Below, in pieces: positions 1 through 12,830 of a stretch of 64,000 nucleotides of DNA. The notes beneath the pieces were generated by a model that was not told where the DNA came from, ran no database searches, and saw only the letters and a list, made by a program, of their open reading frames with translations. Position 1 is the stretch's first letter. The number at the start of each line of letters is the position of its first letter. Made by a program: the position numbers and the translations under genes. This DNA comes from the human T2T-CHM13v2.0 reference genome, Homo sapiens, in NCBI GenBank assembly GCA_009914755.4, contig CP068257.2:39808001-39872000 (forward strand), read 5' to 3'.

Positions 1-152
1 TGGACAAGGGAAAGAAAAGCAAGCAAGCCTGACCGCCTCAGTGCAGACCCTCTAAGATGCAAGCCTTCCCCAGGTAAGACAGTTCCGCAGGGTGCTTCTG
101 TGGGCTGGCTTTCTGAGCAGCCATCTCAAAGTATGCGAAAGAAATAGATTTT

Positions 153-456
<304 letters not shown>

Positions 457-941
457 GATTTTAGGGGTAAAATATTTTGCTTTCCTTCAGTGGCTGGGCC
501 ACCTGTACACAATGCCTGAACCCAGGTCCTGCAGCCCCCAGCTTGGCTCTCCAAAGCTCACCAGTATCAAAGGATTTCAGCTTCTGCTCCTCTCCGCAGG
601 GCTCTCTGGTGGGCCCCAGACAGAGATGAAGGAAAAGTCTGGCCTTGACCTTGAGGACCAAAAGCGACCACGTCAGACGCCAGCAGTCTCGTGCCCAGTT
701 GCCAAGGGATCACCTGAGGAAGGCCCTTAAAATACAGGTGGTAATGCAGGGGTCTTGGGATGGCCCCGGACCGTTCATTTCTAATAATTTCCCAGGTGAA
801 GCCAATGCTGCTGTTCCAGGAACCACCCTTTGAGAAGCACGGGTCTATACCACACGCACAGAAGAGGAAACGAAACGAGGCAAAGGAAACCAGTCCCTTT
901 ACTCGCGCCCAGGCAGGACAAAGCGGGCAAGGGTGGGGGCG

Positions 942-963
942 GGGGCGCGGGCGCGGGCGCGGG
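942..963. repeat. (GCGCGG)n simple repeat, ~4 units
   Basis: gggcgcgggcgcgggcgcgggc read directly. Confidence 0.9.
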
Positions 964-1165
964 CAGGCGGACGGACTTGCAGGAAATGCAGCCGGGAGGA
1001 TGGGCAGGTTGTGGGATGCTCCGCCGTTCCGCGACCACCCGCCTCCCCGGCCCAGCAGAACCGGGTCCAGGCTGGGGGAGGTGCTAGCGGTGTATGTGAG
1101 TAACACTGCCCCCTCGTCGTGGCACCGCCCCCTTCTTCCCTGCCCCCTTCCCCGCCCCCTGGATT

Positions 1166-1240
1166 CTGAAGTCTGAAGTCATGCAATTTGACTTTTCCTT
1201 TCTGGAAACCAGCGAGCAGAAATGAAACCGAAACTGAATT
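1166..1240. promoter_or_regulatory. MX1: ISRE/IRF-binding cluster: ACTTTTCCTTTCTGGAAACC...GCAGAAATGAAACCGAAACTGAA (four GAAA half-sites in tandem)
   Basis: Matches the GAAANNGAAACT ISRE consensus twice, overlapping (AGAAATGAAACC, GAAACCGAAACT). An inverted TTTCC/TTTC pair sits just upstream. Confidence 0.6.
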
Positions 1241-1544
1241 GTCCGGGAAATTCGCGGTGGGGGCGGAGAGCGCAGGGAGAAGTAAGCCCAGTGCAGGATC
1301 CTGAGGCCCGTGTTTGCAGGACCAGGGCCGGCCTTCCGATTCCCCATTCATTCCAGAAGCACCGAACCACGCTGTGCCCGGATCCCAAGTGCAGCGGCAC
1401 CCAGCGTGGGCCTGGGGTTGCCGGTTGACCCGGTCCTCAGCCTGGTAGCAGAGGCCAGGCCAGTGCCACAAGGTCAGGCTCCACTGGGCCCTGCCCGCCC
1501 AGGAGCCTGTGGTGTCAGGCACCTGAAGGGGTGGGTTGCCCCTC

Positions 1545-3100
1545 CACACCTGTGGGTGTTTCTCGTTAGGTGGAAGGAGAGACTTGGAAAAGAAAAAGAC
1601 ACAGAGACAAAGTATAGAGAAAGAAATAAGGGGACCCAGGGAACCAGCGTTCAGCATATGGAGGATCCCGCCAGCCTCTGAGTTCCCTTAGTATTTATTG
1701 ATCATTTGTGGGTGTTTCTCCGAGAGGGGGATGTGTCAGGGTCACAAGACAATAGTGGGGAGAGAGTCAGCAGACAAACACGTGAACAAAGGTCTTTGCA
1801 TCATAGACAGGGTAAAGAATCAAGTGCTGTGCTTTTAGATATGCATACACATAAACGTCTCAATGCTTTACAAAGCAGTATTGCTGCCTGCATGTCCCAC
1901 CTCCAGCCTTAAAGTGGTTTTTCCCTATCTCAGTAGATGGAACGTACAATCGGGTTTTATACCGAGACATTCCATTGCCCAGGGACGGGCAGGAGACAGA
2001 TGCCTTCCTCTTGTCTCAACTGCAAGAGGCATGCCTTCCTCTTATATTAATCCTCCTCAGCACAGACCCTTTATGGGTGTCGGACTGGGGGACGGTCAGG
2101 TCTTTCCCTTCCCACGAGGCCGTATTTCAGACTATCACATGGGGAGAAACCTTGGACAATACCTGGCTTTCCTAGGCAGAGGTCCCTGCGGCCTTCCGCA
2201 GTGTTTGTGTCCCTGGGTACTTGAGATTAGGGCGTGGTGATGACTCTTAAGGAGCATGCTGCCTTCAAGCATCTGTTTAACAAAGCACATCTTGCACCGC
2301 CCTTAATCCATTTAACCCTGAGTGGACACAGCACATGTTTCAGAGAGCATGGGGTTGGGGGTAAGGTTATAGATTAACAGCATCCCAAGGCAGAAGAATT
2401 TTTCTTAGTACAGAACAAAATGGAGTCTCCTATGTCTACTTCTTTCTACACAGACACAGTAACAATCTGATCTCTCTTGCTTTTCCCCACAGGCACCTAA
2501 GTCCACCTGGGCCTGGAGCAGGACAGGTTGCAAAAGAAAATATCTCGGGACCCCCAAACTCCTTATGCTAAGGGAAACATCGAGCCTGGGAACTGAGCCA
2601 TCAACGCTGCCATTCTTTTTCCCAAACAGAACCCTGTTGTCAGAGGTACACCCAGAGCAACTCCACACCGGGTGCATGCCACAGCAACTCCATCTTAAAT
2701 AGGAGCTGGTAAAACGAGGCTGATACCTACTGGGCTGCATTCCCAGACGGGTAAGGCATTCTAAGTCACAGGGTGAGATAGGAGGTCAGCACAAGGTCAT
2801 AAAGGTCATAAAGACCTTGCTCATAAAACAGGTTGCAATAAAGAAGCTGGTTAAAACTCACCACAACCAAGATGGCCACGAGAGTGACCTGTGGTTGTCC
2901 TCATTTTTACACTCCCACCAGCGCATGACAGTTTACAAATGCCATGGCAATGTCAGGAAGTTACCCTACATGTATGTCTAAAACGGGGAGGCATGAATAA
3001 TCCACCCCGTGTTTAGCATATCATCAAGAATAACCACAAAAATGGGCAACCAGCAGCCCTCAGGGTTGCTCTGTGGAGTAGCCATTCTCTTACTCCTTCA
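1545..3100 (+). mobile_element. LTR12-family (HERV9) solo LTR
   Basis: The 3' portion closely matches the remembered LTR12 consensus (tgacagtttacaaatgccatggcaa.gtcaggaagttaccct...ggaggcatgaataatccacccc.tgtttagcata..atcaagaa.aaccacaaaaatgggcaaccagcagccctc...ggagtagccattct). The 5' boundary is uncertain. Confidence 0.5.
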
Positions 3101-4879
3101 CTTCAGGCAGGGGAGATGAATTTCCCTTTGAGCCTGTGGACAGAGGGCAGCCTGGCAGAGGGACAGGCATCAACAAAGCCTCTGAGTGTGACCTGGGTCC
3201 TGAGTTCAGGGATGGCAATGGGGTAACTGAGACTGGATCAGAAGTTGCCTGGAAGAAGAGAGGGCCATTATCAGAGTATAAGAGTGTGAAACTTATCTGG
3301 TAGGAAAAAAAAAAGAGTAACTGCTGTTCGTTTAATAGAGCACACATCCTCTGCAATTCAGGTGGGAGGTTGTGAGCTTCTTAAGTACAGAAGCTGCCTC
3401 TTGATTTCAGCATAGCGAGGAGGTGCTGAAGAGCGCAGGTTTGGAGAATGATCACCTGGATTGGAACCATAGCTCTACCAATATGGAACCCAGCTCCTTA
3501 GGCCTCGGTCTTCTCATGGAGAACATGGTGTGATAATCCTACTCCTCTGGGAGGGTGGCTGTTAAGGTGAGTGATTGCACACGAGTCCCTCTAGCTGATG
3601 TTACCGAGCGGTCCTTGTTTTTAGAGCTCCCAAGAGGGTGGCGGGCCACTTCCAAGATGGCGGCAAGCCTCTTGTTCTCTGACCTGGGGTTCTTGGCCTC
3701 ACAGATTCCAAGGAATGGAATCTTGGGGCATGTGGTGAGTGTTCTCATTAGGACGAACCCAGGCACTTAGACATGCGGGAACAATGGCGAGCCTTTAGCC
3801 CGAATGGGAGCGGCAATGGGTGCCTCGCTGGATCAGGAGCACAGCGGACACACTGCCGGATCCAGAGGGGTGGACATCAGTGGTGGGTCTGTGATGGCGG
3901 CAAACAACAGCAGACAGCAAATGGCAGTGGTGGATGGCAAGCGAAAGCTCAGCTCCAGCCATAACAAACACGGACCAGAAGAGTGTGCAGTTGCAAGATT
4001 TAACAGAGTGAAAACAGACGTCCCATACAAAGGGAGGGAACCCAAAGGGGGTTGCCATTGCTGGGTCGAATGCCTGGGTTTCTGTCTCAATCACTGTCCC
4101 TCCCCCTGTGCTCTCAGGCAATAGATGATTGGCTATTTCTTTACTTCCTGTTTTTGCCTAATTAGTATTTTAGTGAGCTCTCTTTACTACCTGATTGGTC
4201 GGGTGTGAGCTAAGTTGCAAGCCCTGTGTTTAAAGGTGGATGTGGTCACCTTCCCAGCTAGGCTTAGGGATTCTTAGTCGGCCTGGGACATCCAGCTCGT
4301 CCCGTCTCTCACTGACACCTAACACATCCTACATGCTCAGTAGACAGGAGCTATTATTGTATGACTGACTGCTGAATTACACCCCAAAACAACCACCTAT
4401 ACTCCCCAAGGCCCTGCCATATCATATGCATATTAGAGGCAATGAAGCACCAAAATCTAAGGCCAGGGAAGGACTGCGGTGGACAAGGGAAGTGCCTAGG
4501 GCGTTAAAACTTAAGGAGGCATTGCACCAACTGGGAGTGAGCTGTGTGTGCTGTGTTTCCTGGGCAGGGCGCCTCACTGCCCTTCCGAGTCCTGCCCTGG
4601 CTGAGGTTGTGCCTCTATCTGGTTATCAGTTGCCTGCAGCTCTTTCTGATTTTGTTCGTGAACAAGGGCCCTTAGGGAAGCCTCCCGCTGTTGGAAACAG
4701 CAGCAGCATCACCCAGAGTGAAGTCTCTGTTCACATGAGTGCCAGCTCTGCTCACACCTACCCTGCGTTCCCAAGGCACTGTTCCTGCTTCAGAAAGCAT
4801 CAGCCCAGCCTGCTCACAGTCCCCCAGGATGTGCTGTTGCCTGGGTTCTTGACTAGGAAGTAAAAGGCCCAGAGGGGTT

Positions 4880-4882
<3 letters not shown>

Positions 4883-4917
<35 letters not shown>
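4883..4917. repeat. (TG)n microsatellite, ~17 units
   Basis: direct read. Confidence 0.95.
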
Positions 4918-4919
<2 letters not shown>

Positions 4920-6777
4920 AAGTGAGGTCATTGCTAATTCCTGGGAGAACTTGTGTTCCCCTTGGATGAACCCCTTGGATGAAGAACCCCTTGGATGGGG
5001 TTGCCCAGCCCTAGGAGTGGATCCTGCAAAGCAAAATAGATTTCAGCACAGGGAGCTGGCTGGGGGGCTCCTCCCCCTCTTGTAGGTGCAGCAGTATTGA
5101 ATTTGATTCCATCCAGGTTTCCCCTGACCCCAGGACCTAAAGCTGGGGCAGGTTCTGGGCCTTGAGGTTGGTTGGGGGTGACCCTTCCTAATCATGGAAG
5201 TCTTTAGCGGGGGCTTGTAAGGGACTGTGAGCTGAGCTAAGGAGAATGGAGGTGGGGTGCCAACCGCTCCCAAAGGGAAATGCCATCTCCCACTCACAGC
5301 CAGTTAGCCGAGAATGGGAGCTCCCAAAGGGAGGACCACCCATGGGTCTGCTTGACTCAGCCCTCCCCAACCCCTTTCACCTTTGCAGTAAAACTCTAGC
5401 CAAGGAAGACAAAGAGACCTTTGGAGACCAAAACAGAACTTTTAATTCGGGCCAACAGCAGGCTCATGCCCAAAATGGCTGCCAACCCCAACAAAGAAAG
5501 CAGCTAGCTTATATGTCGTTTGAGATGGGAAAAACAAGGTAGGATACAGGTTTCAGACAAAGACAGTAAATTACTTAACCCGTGACAATTCTGAGGAAAC
5601 TGGCAATTCAGTTATATTGACTAGTCATCCTCCAAGCTGGACTAGGGTTGGAGGCTGGGGTCCCGAGGCAGGTGATAAGCTTTCGAGATAAGCTTGCATC
5701 TGCAACTTGTTACAATGCTGGGAGGGGCTGCTTAAAATTTTAGCCTATGTGTTACTTCTAAATAGCTTATACTAAATGTTAACTGTTTTCATGTGCGTCC
5801 ATGTGAAGAGACCACCAAACAGGCTTTGTGTGAGCAACATGGCTGTGTATTTCACCTGGGTGCAGGCGGGCTGAGTCCGAAAAGAGAGTCAGCGAAGGGA
5901 GATAGGGGTGGGGCCGTTTTATAGGATTTGGGAAGGTAATGGAAAATTACAGTCAAAGGGGGTTGTTCTCTGGTGGGCAGGGGTGAATCTCACAAAGTAC
6001 ATTCTCAAGGGTGGGGAGAATTACAAATAACCTTCTTAAGGGTGGGGAAGATTACAAAGTACATTGATCAGTTAGGGTGGGGCAGGAACAAATCACAATG
6101 GTGGAATGTCATCAGTTAAGGCTGTTTTTACTTCTTTTGTGGATCTTCAGTTACTTTAGGCCATCTGGATGTATACCTGCAAGTCACAGGGGATGCGATG
6201 GCCTGGCCTGGGATGCGATGGCCTGGCCTGACAACTATTACCTATGTTATGTTTATTATTTTAAGCTTTATTATTACTATTTTATTTATTTTATTTTATT
6301 TTCCTTCCACACACCCGTTTCCACCCTGGAGAGGCCAGATGAGCCAGACTCCAGGGAGGCCTAGAAGTGGGCAAGGGGAAACGGGAAAGGAGGAAGATGG
6401 TATGGGTGTGCCTGGTTAGGGGTGGGAGTGCTGGACGGAGTTCGGGACAAGAGGGGCTCTGCAGCCATTGGCACACAATGCCTGGGAGTCCCTGCTGGTG
6501 CTGGGATCATCCCAGTGAGCCCTGGGAGGGAACTGAAGACCCCCAATTACCAATGCATCTGTTTTCAAAACCGACGGGGGGAAGGACATGCCTAGGTTCA
6601 AGGATACGTGCAGGCTTGGATGACTCCGGGCCATTAGGGAGCCTCCGGAGCACCTTGATCCTCAGACGGGCCTGATGAAACGAGCATCTGATTCAGCAGG
6701 CCTGGGTTCGGGCCCGAGAACCTGCGTCTCCCGCGAGTTCCCGCGAGGCAAGTGCTGCAGGTGCGGGGCCAGGAGCT

Positions 6778-6793
6778 AGGTTTCGTTTCTGCG
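6778..6793. promoter_or_regulatory. MX1: ISRE (AGGTTTCGTTTCTGCG; reverse complement AGAAACGAAACC) in the MX1 proximal promoter
   Basis: Near-perfect GAAANNGAAAC ISRE ~70-140 bp upstream of the exon 1 donor. Corresponds to the classical MxA promoter ISRE region. Confidence 0.8.
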
Positions 6794-6821
6794 CCCGGAG
6801 CCGCCCTCAGCACAGGGTCTG

Positions 6822-6835
6822 TGAGTTTCATTTCT
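6822..6835. promoter_or_regulatory. MX1: ISRE (GAGTTTCATTTCT; reverse complement AGAAATGAAACT) in the MX1 proximal promoter
   Basis: Perfect match to the ISRE consensus AGTTTCNNTTTC. Confidence 0.85.
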
Positions 6836-6859
6836 TCGCGGCGCGGGGCGGGGCTGGGC

Positions 6860-6918
6860 GCGGGGTGAAAGAGGCGAAGCGAGAGCGGAGGCCGCACTCC
6901 AGCACTGCGCAGGGACCG
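6860..6918 (+). other. MX1: MX1 noncoding exon 1 (TSS approximate); donor GT at 6919-6920
   Basis: gcagggaccg|gtgagtgtc donor lies immediately downstream of the ISRE pair. The 5' end is not determinable from sequence. Confidence 0.6.
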
Positions 6919-8409
6919 GTGAGTGTCGCTTCTGGGGGCAGCGCCCAGTAACCGCGCTAGGAGCGCGGAGAAGGGCATTGGGAGAGCGGCGTTCGTGGCG
7001 GAGACTAGCGCTCCGGAGCACGGGCACGACGGGGGCACCTTCTCGGCTGCTAGTAACTAACAATAATAATAATCATAATCATAGCAAGGGCGCTGATGGG
7101 CGGGCTCGGAGCACGCCTGATTCTGGTTCCCACCAGGCTGCCCAGGCTCCTGATGACGCATCAGAAACATCCCCCTAACCCGCGGCCTTCCTGCAGGAGA
7201 GGTTGGGAAGGGGTGGGGGACGGGGCTCGGGGGAGGTCTCCGAGGGACTCTAGTAAGCGGGGAAGGGCGCCGGGAAAGTTTCAGATCCACGGCTGCGCGG
7301 GCCACGAGCCCACCCGAACGCCGACCACTGCTTTCCGTCGACTTCTATTTCCTGGGAACGCGCGAAAGCAAACCCAAGTCAGACTGCGGAGGTCGCTGGG
7401 GAGGGAAGGTTCAAGGAGTTCTCGCCGATCCTGCTGAATAAAGGGGGTTCCGAGCTGGGCCGAGATGGGGCATGCGCGGGAAGACCCCTGCCCGCTGTTC
7501 CCCCCCACCGCCCCAGTGGATGCCATGCCTGGGGCCTCCCCGGCGCGTGGGGCTGACGCACCCTCGGGGTCCATCGTAGTTGGCCGGGATCGTGGAGTGG
7601 GTGCGGTGGACGAAGGGAGGCAGGACAGTCCCGGGGGTGGCAGAAGGAGCCCGGGCACAGCTGAGACCTGCGCTCCCATCCCACCAACACTCACAGCAGG
7701 TGCTGCCGAGCTGGGCAATTGGGATGGCCCAAGTTATTTGGTTAAATTTTAAATCACGTTTGTTACTGGGAAGTAGAGTCCAGTGATGCTAACCGCGCCT
7801 CTACCTCCACCACCGGTGTCAGTCCCAAAGGGCTCCTAAAATGGCTGTGTCATCTTTCAGCCTTGGACCGCAGTTGCCGGCCAGGAATCCCAGTGTCACG
7901 GTGGACACGCCTCCCTCGCGCCCTTGCCGCCCACCTGCTCACCCAGCTCAGGGGCTTTGGTAGGTAGCAGTGCATTTGGTCTAAAGGGCAAGATGTTCTC
8001 TCTTTTATTCATAACAAATTTAAATACCAGCAGGGTTTGGGGGGAAAAACGCTTTCAGAAGAAAAGGTGAATGTCAGTCCTGCAAGAGTTAGTTTTAAAA
8101 CTAGACTGAATTGGCACATGTATACCTATGTAACAAACCTGCACGTTCTGCACATGTACCCCAGAACTTAAAAGCTTATAAAAAAAGAAAAAACTAGACT
8201 GGATTATGTTGGGAAAGTGTAGCCTCTTCCATCTTAGGCATTTCCTAGAACGTAGGCAGTAGGTGGTCCTTATTAGGAGTTTTGGGAGAGGAAGGGGGCT
8301 GAATCCTACCTCCCATCCCTGCTCCTCTATGGGGTCTGAGCTGAGGAAGCTTCACCACAAGGAGAGAACCCCCTGACAACCCTGGATGCCACCTTTACCC
8401 TCACTGCAG

Positions 8410-8521
8410 GAATTCTGTGGCCACACTGCGAGGAGATCGGTTCTGGGTCGGAGGCTACAGGAAGACTCCCACTCCCTGAAATCTGGAGTGAAGAACGCCG
8501 CCATCCAGCCACCATTCCAAG
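8410..8521 (+). other. MX1: MX1 5'UTR exon (noncoding exon 2)
   Basis: Acceptor cactgcag|GAATTCTG and donor CCATTCCAAG|gtaaggca. The sequence ...GCCGCCATCCAGCCACCATTCCAAG matches the remembered MX1 mRNA 5'UTR. No ATG within the exon. Confidence 0.7.
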
Positions 8522-8536
8522 GTAAGGCAGAAATGA

Positions 8537-8859
<323 letters not shown>

Positions 8860-10330
8860 CAGGTTCATTTTAGTTGTTATGTTAACCAGGTTTCCTGCAC
8901 CTGTGCGCTAACTTTCACTTTCCCAAAAGGTTTCAGGGTGACCCAGCAGGCAATGAGTGATTCTCAAATTCAGGATTTATTGTGAGAGATTCACACACAC
9001 AATTGAGCAGACATTCACAGTACAATGATTAAAGGGAGTGATAGGGTAAGGACCCACAGTGGAGGCTCTGGAGGCCAGCCCACTGACAGCCACTCCAGGG
9101 AGTCCAGAAGTCCCGCTCTAGTGCTGGGTGGTGGAGGGAAATCTGTTCCTCCAGGGACCTCGTCCTCGGCTGCCCAGCTGCCAAAGTCAGGAATAAGCTT
9201 TCAGAAATCTCACTGCCAAGATTCCGAAAACGCTTCAGACATTGCTAGTCCCTTGTCGCTTTTGCGATCCTCCACAGGTGTGCGTGCCACTGGGTCCTTA
9301 TTCACTGGGGTCTCTGGTGGCATTGGGCCACAGCAAGTGTTCCCTCATCCCCTTAGTCTACCACACACATGCTTACCACTTTGAAGAAAAACCCCTTTAC
9401 TATGAGCGAAAGTGAGAAACACGTATGTTTATTGTTTCTAAAGAAAGAAACTTAATATGGGCTTAATGCTACCTAGTGAGTGCCTCCATTTTGAGACATT
9501 AGGGTCACAAGTCATTATTATATATCATGGGCACAAACCTGCCCTGGGCAGGGACGGAAGGAAGCCCCTGCACAGGGGCAGTTGCTCAGGATGTGAGAAG
9601 AGCCTGGTGCATAACCCCATCCATGCCCACCTAACATCTCAGGCTCTGACCAGTGGGGCTGTGCAGTAGCGAGTGGATGGAGGGCTGGAACCCTGCAGCC
9701 TCCTCTCCAAACACAGGGTGCAGCCAAGACATTTTAGGAGCAATTTGGGATGGAGAGCTAGGAGTCGCCACCTCTTGGCTCTTCCAAGGCCGGAACTGGT
9801 GCCTGCACTCAGTTCAGTTTGAAGACTGCAGCTGGATGCCAAGTTCCATGGAGGAGTAAGAAACCGGTTTGAACTCCCGAGATTGCCCTGCCCCTGAAAT
9901 CCAAACTGATGTTCCGAATGATCAGGGAAAGGTACAAACGTTTATGGTTTACAGACAAAACCCATAAGGTTTAGCTTTCAGAGAATCTCATTTTATGAAG
10001 CAAATTAGGGAAGGGAATCTACTCACCAAGTCCTGTTTCAGCTGATTGAGTGGAACCTGTGGTCATGTGGTACAAGTCCTGGTCTCAATGATGCTCCTTA
10101 TCTGGCTGCAGAAAGGCCAACTGAGGCAACCATAGCCCAGAAGACTGGTACTCCTGAGAGGCAGATGAAGTGGTGGTCTTTGATATCGAGCCTGGGATGC
10201 CCTGGGCACATGAGGTATTTCCAAAGGCATGGGAGTTTTAGGGAATAAATTCCCAGATTGTCAGACTCCATAAGTACCGTTTACAATGGATTACCTTTTA
10301 TAACCATCCCAATCCTACCTGACAAAAGAG

Positions 10331-10700
<370 letters not shown>

Positions 10701-11187
10701 TTAGCCAAGGCAGCATGAACCCATGGCAGCACTTCCCAACCTTCCTGACATGGGCGTTTCTGTGAACTCCAGTGTGATGGAGAAATGGCATTGGCTCAGG
10801 TGTGCAGCTAGATATGTTACAGAGCAGGGTGACAGGCAGGGGTGATGAGTTTTGTTTTAACAACCTGTCCCTTCAACCCTCATGGTACTGACAAAGATCA
10901 CATGGCTCTCGGGGGAGATTCCTGCGAGGGGAAGCAAGGAGAGCATCCTTACATATTATTGATCCAGGCAGCAGATTTGCAGCAAAGCTCTGTGCTTTAT
11001 TCATCTGTTAAAATAGTTAAAATAGTCAAAACATAGGAAAAGGATTCTGGGAAGTCAGAATCGGCTTCAGAGCACACCCCTCCTGCACTTGCCCGGTTCT
11101 CAGACTTGGGAATGGGACTGGGTGGGTGGGTACTCTCGGGTGTTCCGCGGGTTTGGGTCTTACTTGTACACTTTGCTTGATTTCAAG

Positions 11188-11263
11188 GAGGTGCAGGAGA
11201 ACAGCTCTGTGATACCATTTAACTTGTTGACATTACTTTTATTTGAAGGAACGTATATTAGAG
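11188..11263 (+). other. MX1: MX1 5'UTR exon (noncoding exon 3)
   Basis: Acceptor tttcaag|GAGGTGCAGG and donor TATATTAGAG|gtaagttg. GAGGTGCAGGAGAACAGCTCTGTGATACC matches the remembered MX1 5'UTR. No ATG. Confidence 0.7.
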
Positions 11264-11672
11264 GTAAGTTGGTGCATGCTATTTTCTGTAACATTTATTT
11301 TGAGTCATAGGAGAAAGATTTTCAGTTACTTTTATCCAAGATTATTAGACACTGTAAAATTTCATATTTAGGCACTTGTCCTACAACATTTTAAAAATGA
11401 ATTTCAAATACATACGTGTGTATTTGTAATGCAGACAAGTATAAGGCAGTCAGTTACATGCTTTCAAGAGTAAAATGAATGACATTTCATTTCCCCCATT
11501 TGTGGGAGTAAAAGAATGACAATATGAAATTGATGATCAAAAGAAAGAGCATAAAAGATTTAGAGCTCACGTGTTTTTTAAACTAAAGGTTTGGGTATCA
11601 AATTACCGTAATATTTGGATTCTCTTGGCTACATTGGAAACAGTTCTATAACAATTTTATTTTTAAATGTAA

Positions 11673-12086
<414 letters not shown>

Positions 12087-12136
12087 TGACAGGAGATAGT
12101 TTTAGAAAATATTTTGGGGAACAGAGGCATATTCTA

Positions 12137-12428
12137 TTTTTTTTTTTTGAGACAGAGTCTTGCTCTGTTGCCCAGACTGGGGTGCAGTGGCGTGATCTCA
12201 GCTGACTGCATCCTCTGCCTGCCAGGTTCAAGCAATTCTTTGCCTCAGCCTCCTGAGTAGTTGGGATTACAGGTGCCCGCCACCATGCCTGGCTAATTTT
12301 TTTGTATTTTTAGTAGAGACAAGTTTTACCATCTTGGCCAGGGTGGTATTGAACTCCTGACCTCATGATCTACCTGCCTCAGCCTCCCAAAGTGCTGAGA
12401 TTACAGGCGTGAGCCCCGGGGCCCGGCC
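12137..12428 (-). mobile_element. Alu, antisense
   Basis: poly-T gagacagagtcttgctctgttgcccag...ggcgtgagccccggggcccggcc. Confidence 0.9.
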
Positions 12429-12704
12429 TGGAGGGATATTCTTGAAGCGCCTTGAGCAGGGAGGCAGCGTTTGTCTTTATCTGACCTTGGCTTCTTTGGG
12501 TCACTCTGTTTCTCTTTCCGTGAATAAAAAGCCAGTGAGCACACACTGTGTCCCAGGCACTCTTCTACGCTCTGGGGACATCACCATGAACAACTAGTCA
12601 GAGTCCCCACCTCCAGGGGCCTTCCGTTCTGGTGGTGGGTTTGGTTCCATGGTTGAATGCACCCAGCTGCTTATCTGTTCAATAGGCATCTGCTTTATTT
12701 TAAG

Positions 12705-12725
12705 CTTACTTTGCAAAGAAGGAAG
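12705..12725 (+). other. MX1: 5'UTR part of the MX1 ATG exon. The acceptor is probably ttttaag|CTTACTTTG at 12703-12704; caatag|GCATCTGC at 12684 is an alternative.
   Basis: The remembered mRNA reads ...CTTACTTTGCAAAGAAGGAAGATGG. Kozak context GGAAGATGG. Confidence 0.55.
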
Positions 12726-12830
12726 ATGGTTGTTTCCGAAGTGGACATCGCAAAAGCTGATCCAGCTGCTGCATCCCACCCTCTATTACTGAATGGAGAT
12801 GCTACTGTGGCCCAGAAAAATCCAGGCTCG
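12726..12830 (+). CDS. MX1: MX1 coding exon 1 ([35 protein letters not shown]); start codon 12726-12728; donor gt at 12831
   Basis: Translation matches the MxA N-terminus. Ends at phase 0. Donor TCG|gtaagttg. Confidence 0.95.

Larger units (their letters stand above)
880..1480 (+). promoter_or_regulatory. MX1: GC-rich CpG-island-like block; candidate alternative (upstream) MX1 promoter and first noncoding exon of the long transcript
   Basis: High CpG density. (GCGCGG)4 at 942-963. GC box ccccgccccc at ~1150-1159. Tandem GAAA ISRE cluster at 1166-1240. Lies ~5.5 kb upstream of the classical promoter, consistent with the longer annotated MX1 transcript. Exon boundaries not resolved. Confidence 0.4.

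Noticed and set aside
899-1657. 252-aa minus-strand ORF and overlapping ORFs in the 880-1480 block
   Set aside because: GC-rich CpG-island sequence is depleted of stop codons on all frames. There is no coding periodicity or recognisable domain. Better explained as a promoter and first-exon region.
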